Part shown: piece by piece, positions 1 to 9,577 of the stretch
How the letters are laid out: the number at the start of each line of letters is the position of its first letter
How positions within the stretch are numbered: position 1 is the stretch's first letter
From: a virus
DNA length: 64,000 nucleotides
Direction: 5' to 3' (one strand)
IMG/VR virus record: IMGVR_UViG_3300033485_000001
Coordinates: 64,001-128,000 of that record
Translations under genes and position numbers: made by a program
Notes under the pieces: generated by a model
Database searches by the model: none
Seen by the model: the letters and a program-made list of their open reading frames with translations, nothing else
Told to the model about the DNA's origin: nothing

Positions 1-1539
1 TCGCTCCATCCCGCCGCCCGACGCGGAGATCACTTCGATCTGCGGTTGGTGGACCCGAAGGGACAGGCCCACTCCTGGGCCATCAACAAGATGCCCGAGC
101 CAGGGAGCAGCACTTATGCTGCTCAACAGCCGACCCACTCAGGCTCCTACGCCCGACGAACAGAGCCGTTCACGATCCCCCTCAACGTGTACGGCGGGAC
201 CCGTCCTGGCGCCAAGGTAGAGCCGAAGTATGTGCAGCCCGTCGAGGTCATCGCAGCGAACGACAAGCACGTCCACTTCCTGCGCCATCAAGGGCAGGAG
301 ACCGAGGAGCTGGTCCTCCGCCGAATCGCTCGAGCCGGAGACCGGACGCCCATCTGGGCGTTGCACAACTCGACCAGAACTCGATCTACCCAAGAGGGAC
401 AGCGCCTCCCCGACTCCAAACCCAAGTACCAGGAGATCCCGATCGGGTCCGTGGACCTGACCAACGACCAGCAGCTCATGACCGCCAAGCTCGACGGGGC
501 GCACACCCTCGTCGACTTCCCGAAGGCGGACCGGATGGTGCGGACGTACTCCTACCGCCCCACCCAACGGCAGAGCGGTGTGATCGAGCACACGTTCAAG
601 TTCCCCAACTTCCAGAACCTGAAGACCCCGCAGTCGCTGAAGGGCACGCTCATCCGAGCTGAGACTTGGGCCTCGGATCCGTCCGGGAAGGCCATCCCAG
701 CATCCGAGCTCGGCGGCATCCTCAACTCGAGCGTGGTCAAGGCGCGTCAGGCGCAGGAGCAGGGGATCACGCTGCGCAGGACCGGCATCGACGTGGTCAG
801 GTACAAGGGCAAGGACATCTCGAACGCGCCCTACGCCGAGAAGCTGGAGGTCCTCAAGGAGGTCCACAAGGCAACCGGAGGAGCCATCGAGCTCCCGCTG
901 GCCGCCAGGACCGCCGAAGAGAAGGCCGTGCTCATGAACGCCGTGAAGGCCGGGAAGCTGCCGGAGACGAGAGAGGGCGTGGTCCTACACGACCTGACCA
1001 GCAGCCAGCTGATGAAGGCCAAGGTTCGTCCCGACACGGACGTCTACGTCCGAGAGATCGTCACGAAGCCGTTGACGGAGGCCAAGGGTCAGGCGGCGGG
1101 CTTCAGGTACTCCCTCGAGCCCACCGGCCCCATCATCGGGCACGTTGGCACTGGGTTCTCGAATCAGCTCCGGAAGGAGATGCTACAGAACCCAGATCAG
1201 TTCGTAGGACGTGTCGCGAAGGTTCAGTCGGCAGGCCAGCACGTCAGCCGTAGCGGACAGTCTGGGGCGCTGATCGGCTCTCCTGCTTTCAAGGAGTGGC
1301 ACATCGACAAGACGCCGCCTGAGCTGATGAAGAGGGCATCCCTGGACCCCGCATTCGTGGGGGCGTACCGCATAGCTGAGGAGGAAGCGGATCCAGAGAA
1401 GATCGTGGGTAGGCTCGCGGAGACACGACAGGGCCGCGCCCTCAAGCCCGTGCTCGAGAGCGCGCCGGTCCGACCGTTCGTGTCGAAGTTGAGATCGGCG
1501 TACCGTCGTCTCATGAGGAACAAGAACAGTGCCGCTTGA
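1..1539 (+). CDS. LigD-like protein, 5'-truncated by the window: 3'-phosphoesterase (PE) domain + ATP-dependent DNA ligase + OB fold + short C-terminal extension
   Basis: Frame 1 is open from base 1 (SLHPAARRGDHFDLRLVDPKGQAHSWAINK...QPTH..SY...YGG), matching the LigD PE pattern H-x-A-x(3,4)-H-(Y/F)-D-x-R-L...SWA. Ligase motif I AKLDG, motif IV EGVV, motif V LMKAK and OB-fold VGTGFS follow. Confidence 0.85.
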   Translation, partial: SLHPAARRGDHFDLRLVDPKGQAHSWAINKMPEPGSSTYAAQQPTHSGSYARRTEPFTIPLNVYGGTRPGAKVEPKYVQPVEVIAANDKHVHFLRHQGQETEELVLRRIARAGDRTPIWALHNSTRTRSTQEGQRLPDSKPKYQEIPIGSVDLTNDQQLMTAKLDGAHTLVDFPKADRMVRTYSYRPTQRQSGVIEHTFKFPNFQNLKTPQSLKGTLIRAETWASDPSGKAIPASELGGILNSSVVKARQAQEQGITLRRTGIDVVRYKGKDISNAPYAEKLEVLKEVHKATGGAIELPLAARTAEEKAVLMNAVKAGKLPETREGVVLHDLTSSQLMKAKVRPDTDVYVREIVTKPLTEAKGQAAGFRYSLEPTGPIIGHVGTGFSNQLRKEMLQNPDQFVGRVAKVQSAGQHVSRSGQSGALIGSPAFKEWHIDKTPPELMKRASLDPAFVGAYRIAEEEADPEKIVGRLAETRQGRALKPVLESAPVRPFVSKLRSAYRRLMRNKNSAA

Positions 1540-2302
1540 TCACGAGACAGATCCGGTCCTCGACTTCATCGAGTTCGCCGATGAGCTCGACAAGGAGGCT
1601 GCCGCTGGCAGAGCCGAGAAGGACTTCCAGCTCTGGAACCAGTGGCAGCAGAACGGGAAGAAGTCGGAGGACCTCGAGCCCCTCATGAAGCAGATGGAGC
1701 CGCTGATCCGACGCGCGTCGAACGTCTACTCGGGCAAGGTCAACATCCCGAGGACGGCGGTTCATGCCGAGTTCCAGATCCAGGCGATGAACGCCTTCGA
1801 CACGTTCAACCCCAATCGGGGAGCCTCGCTCGGGACACACGTCACGTGGCAGCTCAAGAAGGGTAAGCGGTTCGTCTCCACGTACCAGAACATCGGACGG
1901 ATCCCTGAGACCAGGATCCACAACATCACGACGTTCCAGAACGCGAGAGATGAGCTTCGTGATCAGTTGATGCGAGATCCTTCGGCGCACGAGTTGGCAG
2001 ATCATCTGAAGTGGCCAGTGAATCAGGTCTCGGCGATGGAGCTCGAGCTGCGGCGTGAGGTTCCGACCTCGACGCTCCAGTCGGACATGAGTTCCATCAA
2101 GCCCTCGAGAGAGGCCGAGATCCTTCGGCTGATCCAGTACGACCTCTCCCCCGACGAGAAGGTCGTGTACGAGCACCTGCTGGGCGTGAACGGGAAGCCA
2201 CAGCTCAAGCCAGGTGAGATCGCGATGAGGCTCAACATGTCGCCGTCGAAGGTGTCCAGGATCAAGGACTCCATCGGCGCCAAGGTGAAGAAGTACTACT
2301 GA
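1529..2302 (+). CDS. Sigma70-family RNA polymerase sigma factor (FliA/SigF-like layout)
   Basis: Region 2-like AFDTFNPNRGASLGTHVTWQL, region 3-like LMRDPSAHELADHLKWP, and region 4 HTH GEIAMRLNMSPSKVSRI. Confidence 0.85.
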   Translation: MPLDHETDPVLDFIEFADELDKEAAAGRAEKDFQLWNQWQQNGKKSEDLEPLMKQMEPLIRRASNVYSGKVNIPRTAVHAEFQIQAMNAFDTFNPNRGASLGTHVTWQLKKGKRFVSTYQNIGRIPETRIHNITTFQNARDELRDQLMRDPSAHELADHLKWPVNQVSAMELELRREVPTSTLQSDMSSIKPSREAEILRLIQYDLSPDEKVVYEHLLGVNGKPQLKPGEIAMRLNMSPSKVSRIKDSIGAKVKKYY

Positions 2303-2508
2303 TGACCACACGCAAGGAAAGACTGACCGCGCTTCAGAACGCTGTCGATCGATGGGCCGACGCCGAGGAGCAGAGACTTCAGGATGAGAAGTCGTACCTG
2401 GAGTCGGTCTTCAACGGTCGAACCAACGGCGGCCAGCTGTCGCGGTACATCACGGAGGAGGCGTCGTCCTTGCTCGAGGACGAAGTGAACGCCTTCCTGG
2501 TGGAGTAG
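2302..2508 (+). CDS. Hypothetical protein, 68 aa
   Basis: TGATG coupling to the sigma gene stop; helical, phage-like codon usage. Confidence 0.7.
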   Translation: MTTRKERLTALQNAVDRWADAEEQRLQDEKSYLESVFNGRTNGGQLSRYITEEASSLLEDEVNAFLVE

Positions 2509-2511
2509 ACC

Positions 2512-2892
2512 ATGCGCGTCAAGCCCACCGAGTTTGAACGAGCCCAGCAGCAAACCCTGATCATGTTGGGCAGGCACGTGCTTCTGGGACTGCGATTCGA
2601 GAACGAGTCGCACGTAGAGCGTCAGGGACTCCGCGAACAACAGCACAGACTGATCGGTCGGGAGCAGGATGCGTGGCTGCTCAAGTTCGCCCTCATCTAC
2701 GGTATTCCGGTGACGAAGATCAAGGACTTCAAGTTCACCAAGGACGGAGAGGTCTTGGTAGGAGATGATCATGAATCCACTGCTCCCGTTTCTCATGAAC
2801 AAGCTGGCAGCGGAGAGCGCGCCGCCTCCGGTGACGAAGGCAGAGCTCAAGACGATCCAGAAAGAGATCGAGCAGAACAAGCCCAAGAGTGA
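2512..2892 (+). CDS. Hypothetical protein
   Basis: Fills the gap after 2508; its 3' part overlaps the next gene. Confidence 0.55.
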   Translation: MRVKPTEFERAQQQTLIMLGRHVLLGLRFENESHVERQGLREQQHRLIGREQDAWLLKFALIYGIPVTKIKDFKFTKDGEVLVGDDHESTAPVSHEQAGSGERAASGDEGRAQDDPERDRAEQAQE

Positions 2893-3247
2893 GGCCGAGA
2901 AGAAGATCACTGAGCTTGTAGGGAAGCCTCCCACCAGGGGGCAGCTGCTTCGGTCTGCTGCGGTTGCCAGCGGCGGTGGCGTTGCTACGCAGGTGCTGGG
3001 TCGTGTCATCAGCGGGCCTGGGAGCCACATGGGGAAACCCATGTACCCGTGGATCGGTGAGAAGGGCAAGTGGGTCGCCGAAGCCGGGAAGAAGCGATGG
3101 CTCCCCTCCGACATGAGAACTGGGAAGGCCGTCCTCAGCCCCAGGCAGTTGGCCAGGTCCATCGCGCTCAGCGCGGTGCTGACGGCGGCAGTGCCGGTGG
3201 CCAAGAGGATGTGGGACATCGACGCGGCCAAGAAGGGCAAGTTCTGA
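2765..3247 (+). CDS. Putative virion internal protein with K-x-A leader and hydrophobic Ala/Gly helices
   Basis: GGAG before the ATG; FLMNKLAAE leader; hydrophobic segments AAVASGGGVATQVLG and IALSAVLTAAVPVA. Confidence 0.7.
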   Translation: MIMNPLLPFLMNKLAAESAPPPVTKAELKTIQKEIEQNKPKSEAEKKITELVGKPPTRGQLLRSAAVASGGGVATQVLGRVISGPGSHMGKPMYPWIGEKGKWVAEAGKKRWLPSDMRTGKAVLSPRQLARSIALSAVLTAAVPVAKRMWDIDAAKKGKF

Positions 3248-3250
3248 GTC

Positions 3251-3907
3251 ATGGCCGTCGTCCCGCGCAGGAGGGAGAACTTCGCGCTGGGCGCGTGTCT
3301 CGCCACGGACAACGTCGGCGACCTCGTCTACATCAGGGACGTCTTCACTGGGACACGGTACCGCGTTGAGAGGGCGGACCCATCTGACAGCCTGAAGATG
3401 CCGGCCGTAGCAGTGATCGTGAGCAAGCAGACCCCAACTGCCTGCACGATCATGTTCTACGGCATGACGAGTCTCTACTCCGGGCTCACCCCCGGAGAAG
3501 CCTACGTCGTCGGCACGGACGGCCGCCCGGCCAAGCTGGGTGATCCGAACTACCCCGGCTCGGGCTACATCGTCCAGCAGATCGGCGTCGCCACCGACGA
3601 CGACGAGATGCTGGTCCGCCCGATGGACGCCGCTGGGGACAGCGGATCCGTCGGCAACAGGTACTACCAGCAGCCGCTGATCGCCACCGTGGATCCCAAG
3701 ATCTTCAACACCGTCCTGCCGTTCAAGCATGGTGGTGTCGAGACCGAAGTCATCCTGTACAATGGTCAGCGACTGAAGGAAGGTTCAGGTCACGACTACG
3801 TCGCCTCTGCCTCTGGAGGCTTCGGTGGTCGGTATGATACGATTACCTTGGAGTTCACTCCGAGGTTGAACTCGAACTGGTTTATAGATTACGTCCCTGA
3901 TCTGTAG
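3251..3907 (+). CDS. Putative virion structural protein (head decoration/fibre-like)
   Basis: VGDLVYI...MPAVAVIV...YSGLTPGEAYVV..DG pattern resembles capsid-cement-like beta folds; lies in the structural operon. Confidence 0.6.
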   Translation: MAVVPRRRENFALGACLATDNVGDLVYIRDVFTGTRYRVERADPSDSLKMPAVAVIVSKQTPTACTIMFYGMTSLYSGLTPGEAYVVGTDGRPAKLGDPNYPGSGYIVQQIGVATDDDEMLVRPMDAAGDSGSVGNRYYQQPLIATVDPKIFNTVLPFKHGGVETEVILYNGQRLKEGSGHDYVASASGGFGGRYDTITLEFTPRLNSNWFIDYVPDL

Positions 3908-3933
3908 GGACAAAAGGAACAGGAGATCAGGAT

Positions 3934-5889
3934 ATGGGACGCTCCCTCTTCGATCAGGACACCCAGGTTCACAGCTCACTGGACTACACGGACACCAGAG
4001 CTCCGACCGAGGCCAACTACGAGACCAACGCGACGGACCTGGAGTACGATCTGAACTCGATCAGGTCGATGCTCCACGAGCTCCGTGACGTGCGGACCAC
4101 GAACTGGTGGGCCGCACTCGCCGCACCTGGCACGTTCCCCGGAGAGGGCGCGGCAGCGCGTGGCGTCCAGGACGTCAACGAGGATCTCTACGACATCGAG
4201 AGGAAGCGCATCCTGAAGCGCCGCGCCGTGGTCGGTGCCGACATCGTCGTGCCCAGCGCGCTGAAGGCGACCGGCACCCTCACGACGGACACGAAGGCCA
4301 ACTTCACCGACGCCCAGACCTTCACGCTGAACGACGGGACCCAGGCCGCGACAGTGTTCGAGATCGACACCACGGGCGGCGGCGTTCTCCCCGGCAACAT
4401 CCAGGTCGACATCAGCGGCGACATCACAGCCGATGACGTGCGCGACACCATCATCGCGGCGATCAACGGCGTCGGCGCCGGCCTCCTCATCACGGCCACC
4501 AACGGTGGTGCCGCAACCGTCTCCCTCCAGAACAACAACAACGGCACCAGGGGCAACGTCGCGATCATCCACAACATCACTGCCCCGGCCTGGGCCGCGA
4601 GCGGGATGAGCAACGGCGCGGGCGACCTCGTCATCCTCGGCGCCGGCGAGCTGCCCGGCACCGCCTTCGCTGCCATCGGTGCCTCGACCAAGACCGGCAC
4701 CGTGGTCGCGTACAACTCCACCTTCGGAGTCGCCACGCTGGCCGAGGTCGCCGGCGGTGACGCGCTCACCCCGAAGAACCTCTGCAAGATCGCGGACGCC
4801 GCGACGGGCCAGCCCATCATCGACGGTCTCGGCAACGAGATCCACGCCCTGGCCCAGTACGAGAACAACACGGACGGATCGGCGATCACCATCAACACCC
4901 CGAACAGGATGCAGCTCGTCTTCGTCGTGCACAACCCGGCCAACGACGACCTGGTCTACGTCGATCCGCAGTACATCGGCGGGCAGACCATCGACTACAG
5001 CCCGGTCGAGCGGTACGCCTTCGAGGACATCCCGGAGCACGCCTGGCTCGGTGACGACTTCATCGACGCCGGTGCCGCTGCGACGACTCGTAAGGCGGCC
5101 TACGACAACCAGGGCATCACCCCGGTTGAGCTCGGCACGAACGCCATCCTCGACCTGAACAGCGCCGGGATCTACTGGAGCATCCGCGACCTCGCCAACG
5201 CGGACCTGTTCGTGATCACGGAGGGCAGCGGTGGAGGCAACTCCAAGATCGAGTTCGCTGCCGCCACCGACCTGTTCGACAACAACGCGATCTCGAACCT
5301 CTTCGCCGGCCCGCTGACCGTGGACGACGATGGCACCGACATCGAGATCGGTGTCACGGCGGGGCAGATCAACACGCTCGGCGCGAACAATCTGACCCTG
5401 CTCGGCGCGGGCGAGCTGTTCCTCGACGACGGGAACAGGACCGCGTCGGACTTCTCGGTCCCGCTGAAGCTGACCGAGGACGACCTGGAGTGGGACGCGC
5501 TGGAGACGACCTTCGGCGGCGAGTACTCGCTCGCCAAGATGCTGGTGATGGCCTACTCCAGCCAGACCCTGGACAGGGCGCACGCCAACGTGATCACCGC
5601 CGACATCCCGGCCAACACCGCCATCGACGGTTCGGTCGGAGCGCCCAACATCAGCGCCCAGATGCCGTCCTACAAGGGGCTCGACTTCGAGGAGAAGGTC
5701 CAGGTCTTCATCAACGGCGCGCTCCAGCGGCCCGGTGCCAACGCCGGCACCAACAACGACGTCTACCCCACCGCCGTGGCTGGGGATCAGGCCAAGGGCA
5801 TCTTCTACTCCGAGTTCGTGCTGCGCTACCGTGGCGGCGTGAACCCCGACGTGGTCCAGATGATCGTGTACGGGACGCCGACTCCGTAA
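3934..5889 (+). CDS. Large virion structural protein, 651 aa (G/T/N/D-rich beta domains)
   Basis: Long ORF with strong codon bias. It includes a sheath-insertion-like module (FTLNDG...ADDVRDTIIAAING...ITAT...TVSL). Confidence 0.75.
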   Translation: MGRSLFDQDTQVHSSLDYTDTRAPTEANYETNATDLEYDLNSIRSMLHELRDVRTTNWWAALAAPGTFPGEGAAARGVQDVNEDLYDIERKRILKRRAVVGADIVVPSALKATGTLTTDTKANFTDAQTFTLNDGTQAATVFEIDTTGGGVLPGNIQVDISGDITADDVRDTIIAAINGVGAGLLITATNGGAATVSLQNNNNGTRGNVAIIHNITAPAWAASGMSNGAGDLVILGAGELPGTAFAAIGASTKTGTVVAYNSTFGVATLAEVAGGDALTPKNLCKIADAATGQPIIDGLGNEIHALAQYENNTDGSAITINTPNRMQLVFVVHNPANDDLVYVDPQYIGGQTIDYSPVERYAFEDIPEHAWLGDDFIDAGAAATTRKAAYDNQGITPVELGTNAILDLNSAGIYWSIRDLANADLFVITEGSGGGNSKIEFAAATDLFDNNAISNLFAGPLTVDDDGTDIEIGVTAGQINTLGANNLTLLGAGELFLDDGNRTASDFSVPLKLTEDDLEWDALETTFGGEYSLAKMLVMAYSSQTLDRAHANVITADIPANTAIDGSVGAPNISAQMPSYKGLDFEEKVQVFINGALQRPGANAGTNNDVYPTAVAGDQAKGIFYSEFVLRYRGGVNPDVVQMIVYGTPTP

Positions 5890-5920
5890 CGTGATACGCT
5901 GAGCCCCCTGGAGGTTGAGG

Positions 5921-6535
5921 ATGAACCTGGAGAAGCTCAAGGTGAAGGCGGTCATGGCCGAGAGCATGGGTCGTGAGCTCGAGAAGGACGTCGAGCGGGC
6001 CAGGACCAAGTTCTTCAAGCTCCAGGGGGCCAACGAAGCTCTCGTCGCAGCCGTCAAGGTGATCACGGATCAGGTCGGATCCACCAAGGACAAGATCATC
6101 GCGGGCGAGCTCAAGATGGAGTCGAACGACGAGATCGGCTTGGCCAAGCTCGTCGTGGCCCAGCTTCAGGGTGTGGTGCGGAAGCTCCACGATATGGCAG
6201 AGCTGGCGCATACCAACTCGATCAGAGCGGACGGTGAGCGGGCCGCGTTCGAGGACTCGGTGAAGCGGCTCAAGAGCATCTTCGACGAGGAAGTGCAGAA
6301 GCTCGAGAACCTGGAGAAGCAGATCCAGGCCGGCACGGTCAAGCTCGTCGATGGCGACCTCATGTTCGTCGGTGACGGTCCGCGTCCTCCTGGGACACAT
6401 CCGGGTCCCACGCTCAAGGCGCAGCGCCAGGCCGAGGAAGCGGCCGAGGCCGAGGCCAAGAAGGGCAACGGGGTGGAGAAGAAGACCCGGCGCCGCAAGG
6501 CCAAGACCGAGGCCAGCGATGACCGGAACACCTGA
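5921..6535 (+). CDS. Coiled-coil hypothetical protein
   Basis: GGAGGT SD before ATG 5921; heptad-rich with a basic C-terminus. Confidence 0.7.
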   Translation: MNLEKLKVKAVMAESMGRELEKDVERARTKFFKLQGANEALVAAVKVITDQVGSTKDKIIAGELKMESNDEIGLAKLVVAQLQGVVRKLHDMAELAHTNSIRADGERAAFEDSVKRLKSIFDEEVQKLENLEKQIQAGTVKLVDGDLMFVGDGPRPPGTHPGPTLKAQRQAEEAAEAEAKKGNGVEKKTRRRKAKTEASDDRNT

Positions 6536-7187
6536 TGCCCACCACGGCGAACTCCTAGAAGACGAAGGCATAGTCCTAAGCCCTTCGACGGATCCCACTG
6601 TCGAAGGCGAGATCAGATTCTCCTCTGGTGTGCTGAAGGCGAAGGACGGCACCGGCGTCTTCAACCTCCGCACCGGAGGTCCGCACGCACCGACTCATCA
6701 TGAAGATGGATCGGACGAGCTGCTCGCTCAAGACCTGGGGTCTGGGGAAGCTCCAGAGGGGCAACTGCTTCAGACCGATGGCGCGGGCGGTTGGAACCTC
6801 GTCGACTACGTCCCTGGCTACCCCGCCGCGCTGGAGTACTTCAGCGACAACTCGACCTCGACCACGACGTCCAGCACGTTCCAGGTGAAGCTCACCTACA
6901 CCACGGCGAACCTGGCCCTTGGCCACTACCTCGTCTTCGCCCAGGCCGTGCTCTCAGGGTCGGCGAACAACACCGAGACGGAGGGCCAGTTCCTCGTAGG
7001 GGCGGCCGTAGTCCAGACGCTATCGGCCCGTCTCTCTAGGGTGGGCGCCGAGTTCGCCCTGTTCTCGATGTACGTGCTCGATGAGGTGTCGGGTCCGCAG
7101 ACCTTCACGATCCAGTACCGCAAGTCGGGCGGTTCAGGTTCAGCCTCCATTCGTGATGCCCGTGTGATCATGTGGAGGCTGTTCTGA
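6519..7187 (+). CDS. Tail fibre/collar-like structural protein
   Basis: Likely start ATG 6519 (MTGTPDAHHG). Contains the HAPTHHEDGSDEL fibre-type motif and a C-terminal beta-sandwich. Confidence 0.65.
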   Translation: MTGTPDAHHGELLEDEGIVLSPSTDPTVEGEIRFSSGVLKAKDGTGVFNLRTGGPHAPTHHEDGSDELLAQDLGSGEAPEGQLLQTDGAGGWNLVDYVPGYPAALEYFSDNSTSTTTSSTFQVKLTYTTANLALGHYLVFAQAVLSGSANNTETEGQFLVGAAVVQTLSARLSRVGAEFALFSMYVLDEVSGPQTFTIQYRKSGGSGSASIRDARVIMWRLF

Positions 7188-8629
7188 TGGCTGACACGAA
7201 GTACACCTACTCCGTCGCCACCGACACGGCACAGGGTGTCGTGGACCTTGGTGCGCTGGAGCACGAGGTTCAGGACAGCTCCATCTCGTCTGCGGCGTAC
7301 CTCTTCGTGTCGAACACGGAGGACGTGCTCGACATCTGGTTCGACGGAGCTCTCTCCGCTGGCGACGAGACCACCCTGGATGGGGTAGTGGCCGCTCATC
7401 TAGGGCTTCCACTCGACATAGCCACGACAGGAGGGATCATCATCGATCCCATCCCAGCCCCATCCGACCTGGCCGTGGTTCCACAGGGTACGACGGGATC
7501 CACGAGCTGGGGCTACAGCGTCACTGCCCATTCCCCCACAGGGGAGACGCTGGAGTGCGAAGAGGTTCTGATCAGCAACGGAGCAGCCACCCTCAACGGC
7601 ACGAACTACAACAGGATCACTTGGAGCAAGGTGACGGGGGCGGTGAAGTACTCCGTGTACCGCACCACCGCTGGTGGAACGCCGTCGTCGGTAGGGAAGA
7701 TCAGGACCACGACGCTGCTCCAGGTCAACGACAAGGGCTTGACCGCCTCCGGGGCTTTGCCCTCGGAGGACAAGTCCGGAGCCCTCGTCCTCGGTGGCGA
7801 GGTAGTGGCGTCGGGCGGGAAGAAGCTCGACATCCGTGAGCTGACCACGGACAACTCCACCGTCACGTCCCTCATCGCAGTCACGAGGCGCTCCAGCGAC
7901 GTGGTGGAGGCCGGCTTCGGAACGGGCCTCTACGTCAGGCTGAACGACGACGAGGACGTGCTGCGTGACGCCGGCGCGATGCACTTTCTCTGGTCCGATC
8001 CGGACTCTGCCTCTCCGGACTGCGACTTCAGGGTCATGCTCCGCGACGGCGGAGGATCGATGGAGGAGCGACTCAAGATCACGAGTGGGGGCCAGCTACA
8101 TCTGGCTGGCGTGACCGTGATCCAGATAGAGACGGCTCGGGCTAGCCTACCCATCGACGCCTGGATGAGAGGTGGCTCCGCTGCGGCAAGCTCGAACAAC
8201 GACGTGCCCAGCGTGACCTTCGCCGCTACGGCGGAGAGTCGGATGCGGTACACGCTCCGCCCCCCGCAGAACTACACCAGTGGTGATCTGACGCTTCGTG
8301 TGCTCTGCTCCTTCGCCGGGACAGCGGGGAACACGGGGGTGCGGTGGCAACTCGACTGGAGCTGCCTCAGCTCTGGGGACGCGATCCCGTCGAGCTACCA
8401 GTACTCCAGCGCGTTCACGCAGAACGAGAACGACAAGAGCAACGACACGCTCTTCGTCACAGACTTCACGATCCCGGCAGCGCAGTTCGACAAGACCAAG
8501 GATATGCTCGTGCTGTGGCTACGACGTGACGGCGATCACACAGATGATACCTGTACGCTCGTCGTCCACATCCACATGTGCGAGTTGCGATACACAGGAA
8601 GAACCATGGCCGGTCAGCCCGGTCAGTGA
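7187..8629 (+). CDS. Virion structural protein with FN3-like domain
   Basis: TGATG-coupled start at 7187. PAPSDLAV...YSVTA...ITWSKVTGAVKYSVYR is an FN3-like signature. Confidence 0.7.
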   Translation: MADTKYTYSVATDTAQGVVDLGALEHEVQDSSISSAAYLFVSNTEDVLDIWFDGALSAGDETTLDGVVAAHLGLPLDIATTGGIIIDPIPAPSDLAVVPQGTTGSTSWGYSVTAHSPTGETLECEEVLISNGAATLNGTNYNRITWSKVTGAVKYSVYRTTAGGTPSSVGKIRTTTLLQVNDKGLTASGALPSEDKSGALVLGGEVVASGGKKLDIRELTTDNSTVTSLIAVTRRSSDVVEAGFGTGLYVRLNDDEDVLRDAGAMHFLWSDPDSASPDCDFRVMLRDGGGSMEERLKITSGGQLHLAGVTVIQIETARASLPIDAWMRGGSAAASSNNDVPSVTFAATAESRMRYTLRPPQNYTSGDLTLRVLCSFAGTAGNTGVRWQLDWSCLSSGDAIPSSYQYSSAFTQNENDKSNDTLFVTDFTIPAAQFDKTKDMLVLWLRRDGDHTDDTCTLVVHIHMCELRYTGRTMAGQPGQ

Positions 8630-8658
8630 GGTGGTCCGTGGGACCAAGGAGTAGGAAG

Positions 8659-9546
8659 ATGGGAACGTTCCTTTGCGACGTCTTGACCGCGTACTCGAGC
8701 CAGGCGACCTTGATGGGATACCCGGAGCACTGCTCCGCCGATCCCGAGAAGCTCGCCGCCATCGGAAGGTCCCTCGGCCATCAGGTCAGGGTGGTTCGCC
8801 CCTCGAACGGGAACAAGGCACTCTACACGGTGAGCGAGCTGCGTCAGGAGAGCCCGGACCGCAGGCTCCGGATGTGCCTCGACGGGCGGAAGCGGCTCAG
8901 CGCGGACGGTTCCACCTTCTCCAGCGGGACCTGCGACTCGGCCTGCACGCGATCCGACCTGACCGATGCTGAGGCAGAGGCCCAGGGCGAACTCGTGGAG
9001 CGGCTCGACGAGAGCGGGATCGGGTCCGCGCTCGTTGCCCTGGCCCCGCACGGCGGTGCGATCGAGAGCTACACCGACGAGCAGGCCGAGCGCGTCCTGT
9101 CCCAGCTCGTCGCGGCAGGCAAGGCAGCGGCGTGCTGGCGCTGCAAGGGCTGGCGCGTTGGTGGTGGCTCCTACGATGCGTGGCACATCACCTCGACCGA
9201 GATCCACCCTGCGTCCTTCCCGCTCCTCGACTCGATCAAGGACAGCGGGTACGCCTACTCTGTCGCGTTCCACGGCTACGGCGAGGACAGCGTGGCGGTC
9301 GGTGGCGCGGCCCCGCTCGCGCTCAAGACCGAGATCGCTGATGCGATTCAGGCTGTGCTTGGTGGTGAGCACCTCGTCGAGGTCGTGACGAGCGGCCCCT
9401 ACGCGGGGATGGATCCGAAGAACCTGTGCAACTGGCTCGTCGCGACCGGCGCCGGGATCCAGATCGAGCAGCCGCTGGACGTGCGGTCCGCCCACTGGCA
9501 GGCGATCGCCGACGCGGTGGCGGCGGTGTTCGCGGCGAAGCTGTAG
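8659..9546 (+). CDS. Poly-gamma-glutamate hydrolase family protein (PghP/YjqB-like)
   Basis: Motifs LAPHGGAIE..TD, HITSTEI, VAFHG, G..PKNLCN and GIQIEQ; AGGA before ATG 8659. Confidence 0.8.
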   Translation: MGTFLCDVLTAYSSQATLMGYPEHCSADPEKLAAIGRSLGHQVRVVRPSNGNKALYTVSELRQESPDRRLRMCLDGRKRLSADGSTFSSGTCDSACTRSDLTDAEAEAQGELVERLDESGIGSALVALAPHGGAIESYTDEQAERVLSQLVAAGKAAACWRCKGWRVGGGSYDAWHITSTEIHPASFPLLDSIKDSGYAYSVAFHGYGEDSVAVGGAAPLALKTEIADAIQAVLGGEHLVEVVTSGPYAGMDPKNLCNWLVATGAGIQIEQPLDVRSAHWQAIADAVAAVFAAKL

Positions 9547-9577
9547 CACAACCTGGGTTGGGGGCGTGGAGAGCTCC

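Noticed and set aside
3976-6066. 696-aa minus-strand ORF, and similar long shadow ORFs (18990-21968, 22927-24495, 29131-30624, 39935-42160, 53860-55800)
   Set aside because: They are antisense mirrors of well-supported genes. Strong GC3 bias removes stops on the opposite strand, and the translations are V/D/R/G-rich with no motifs.
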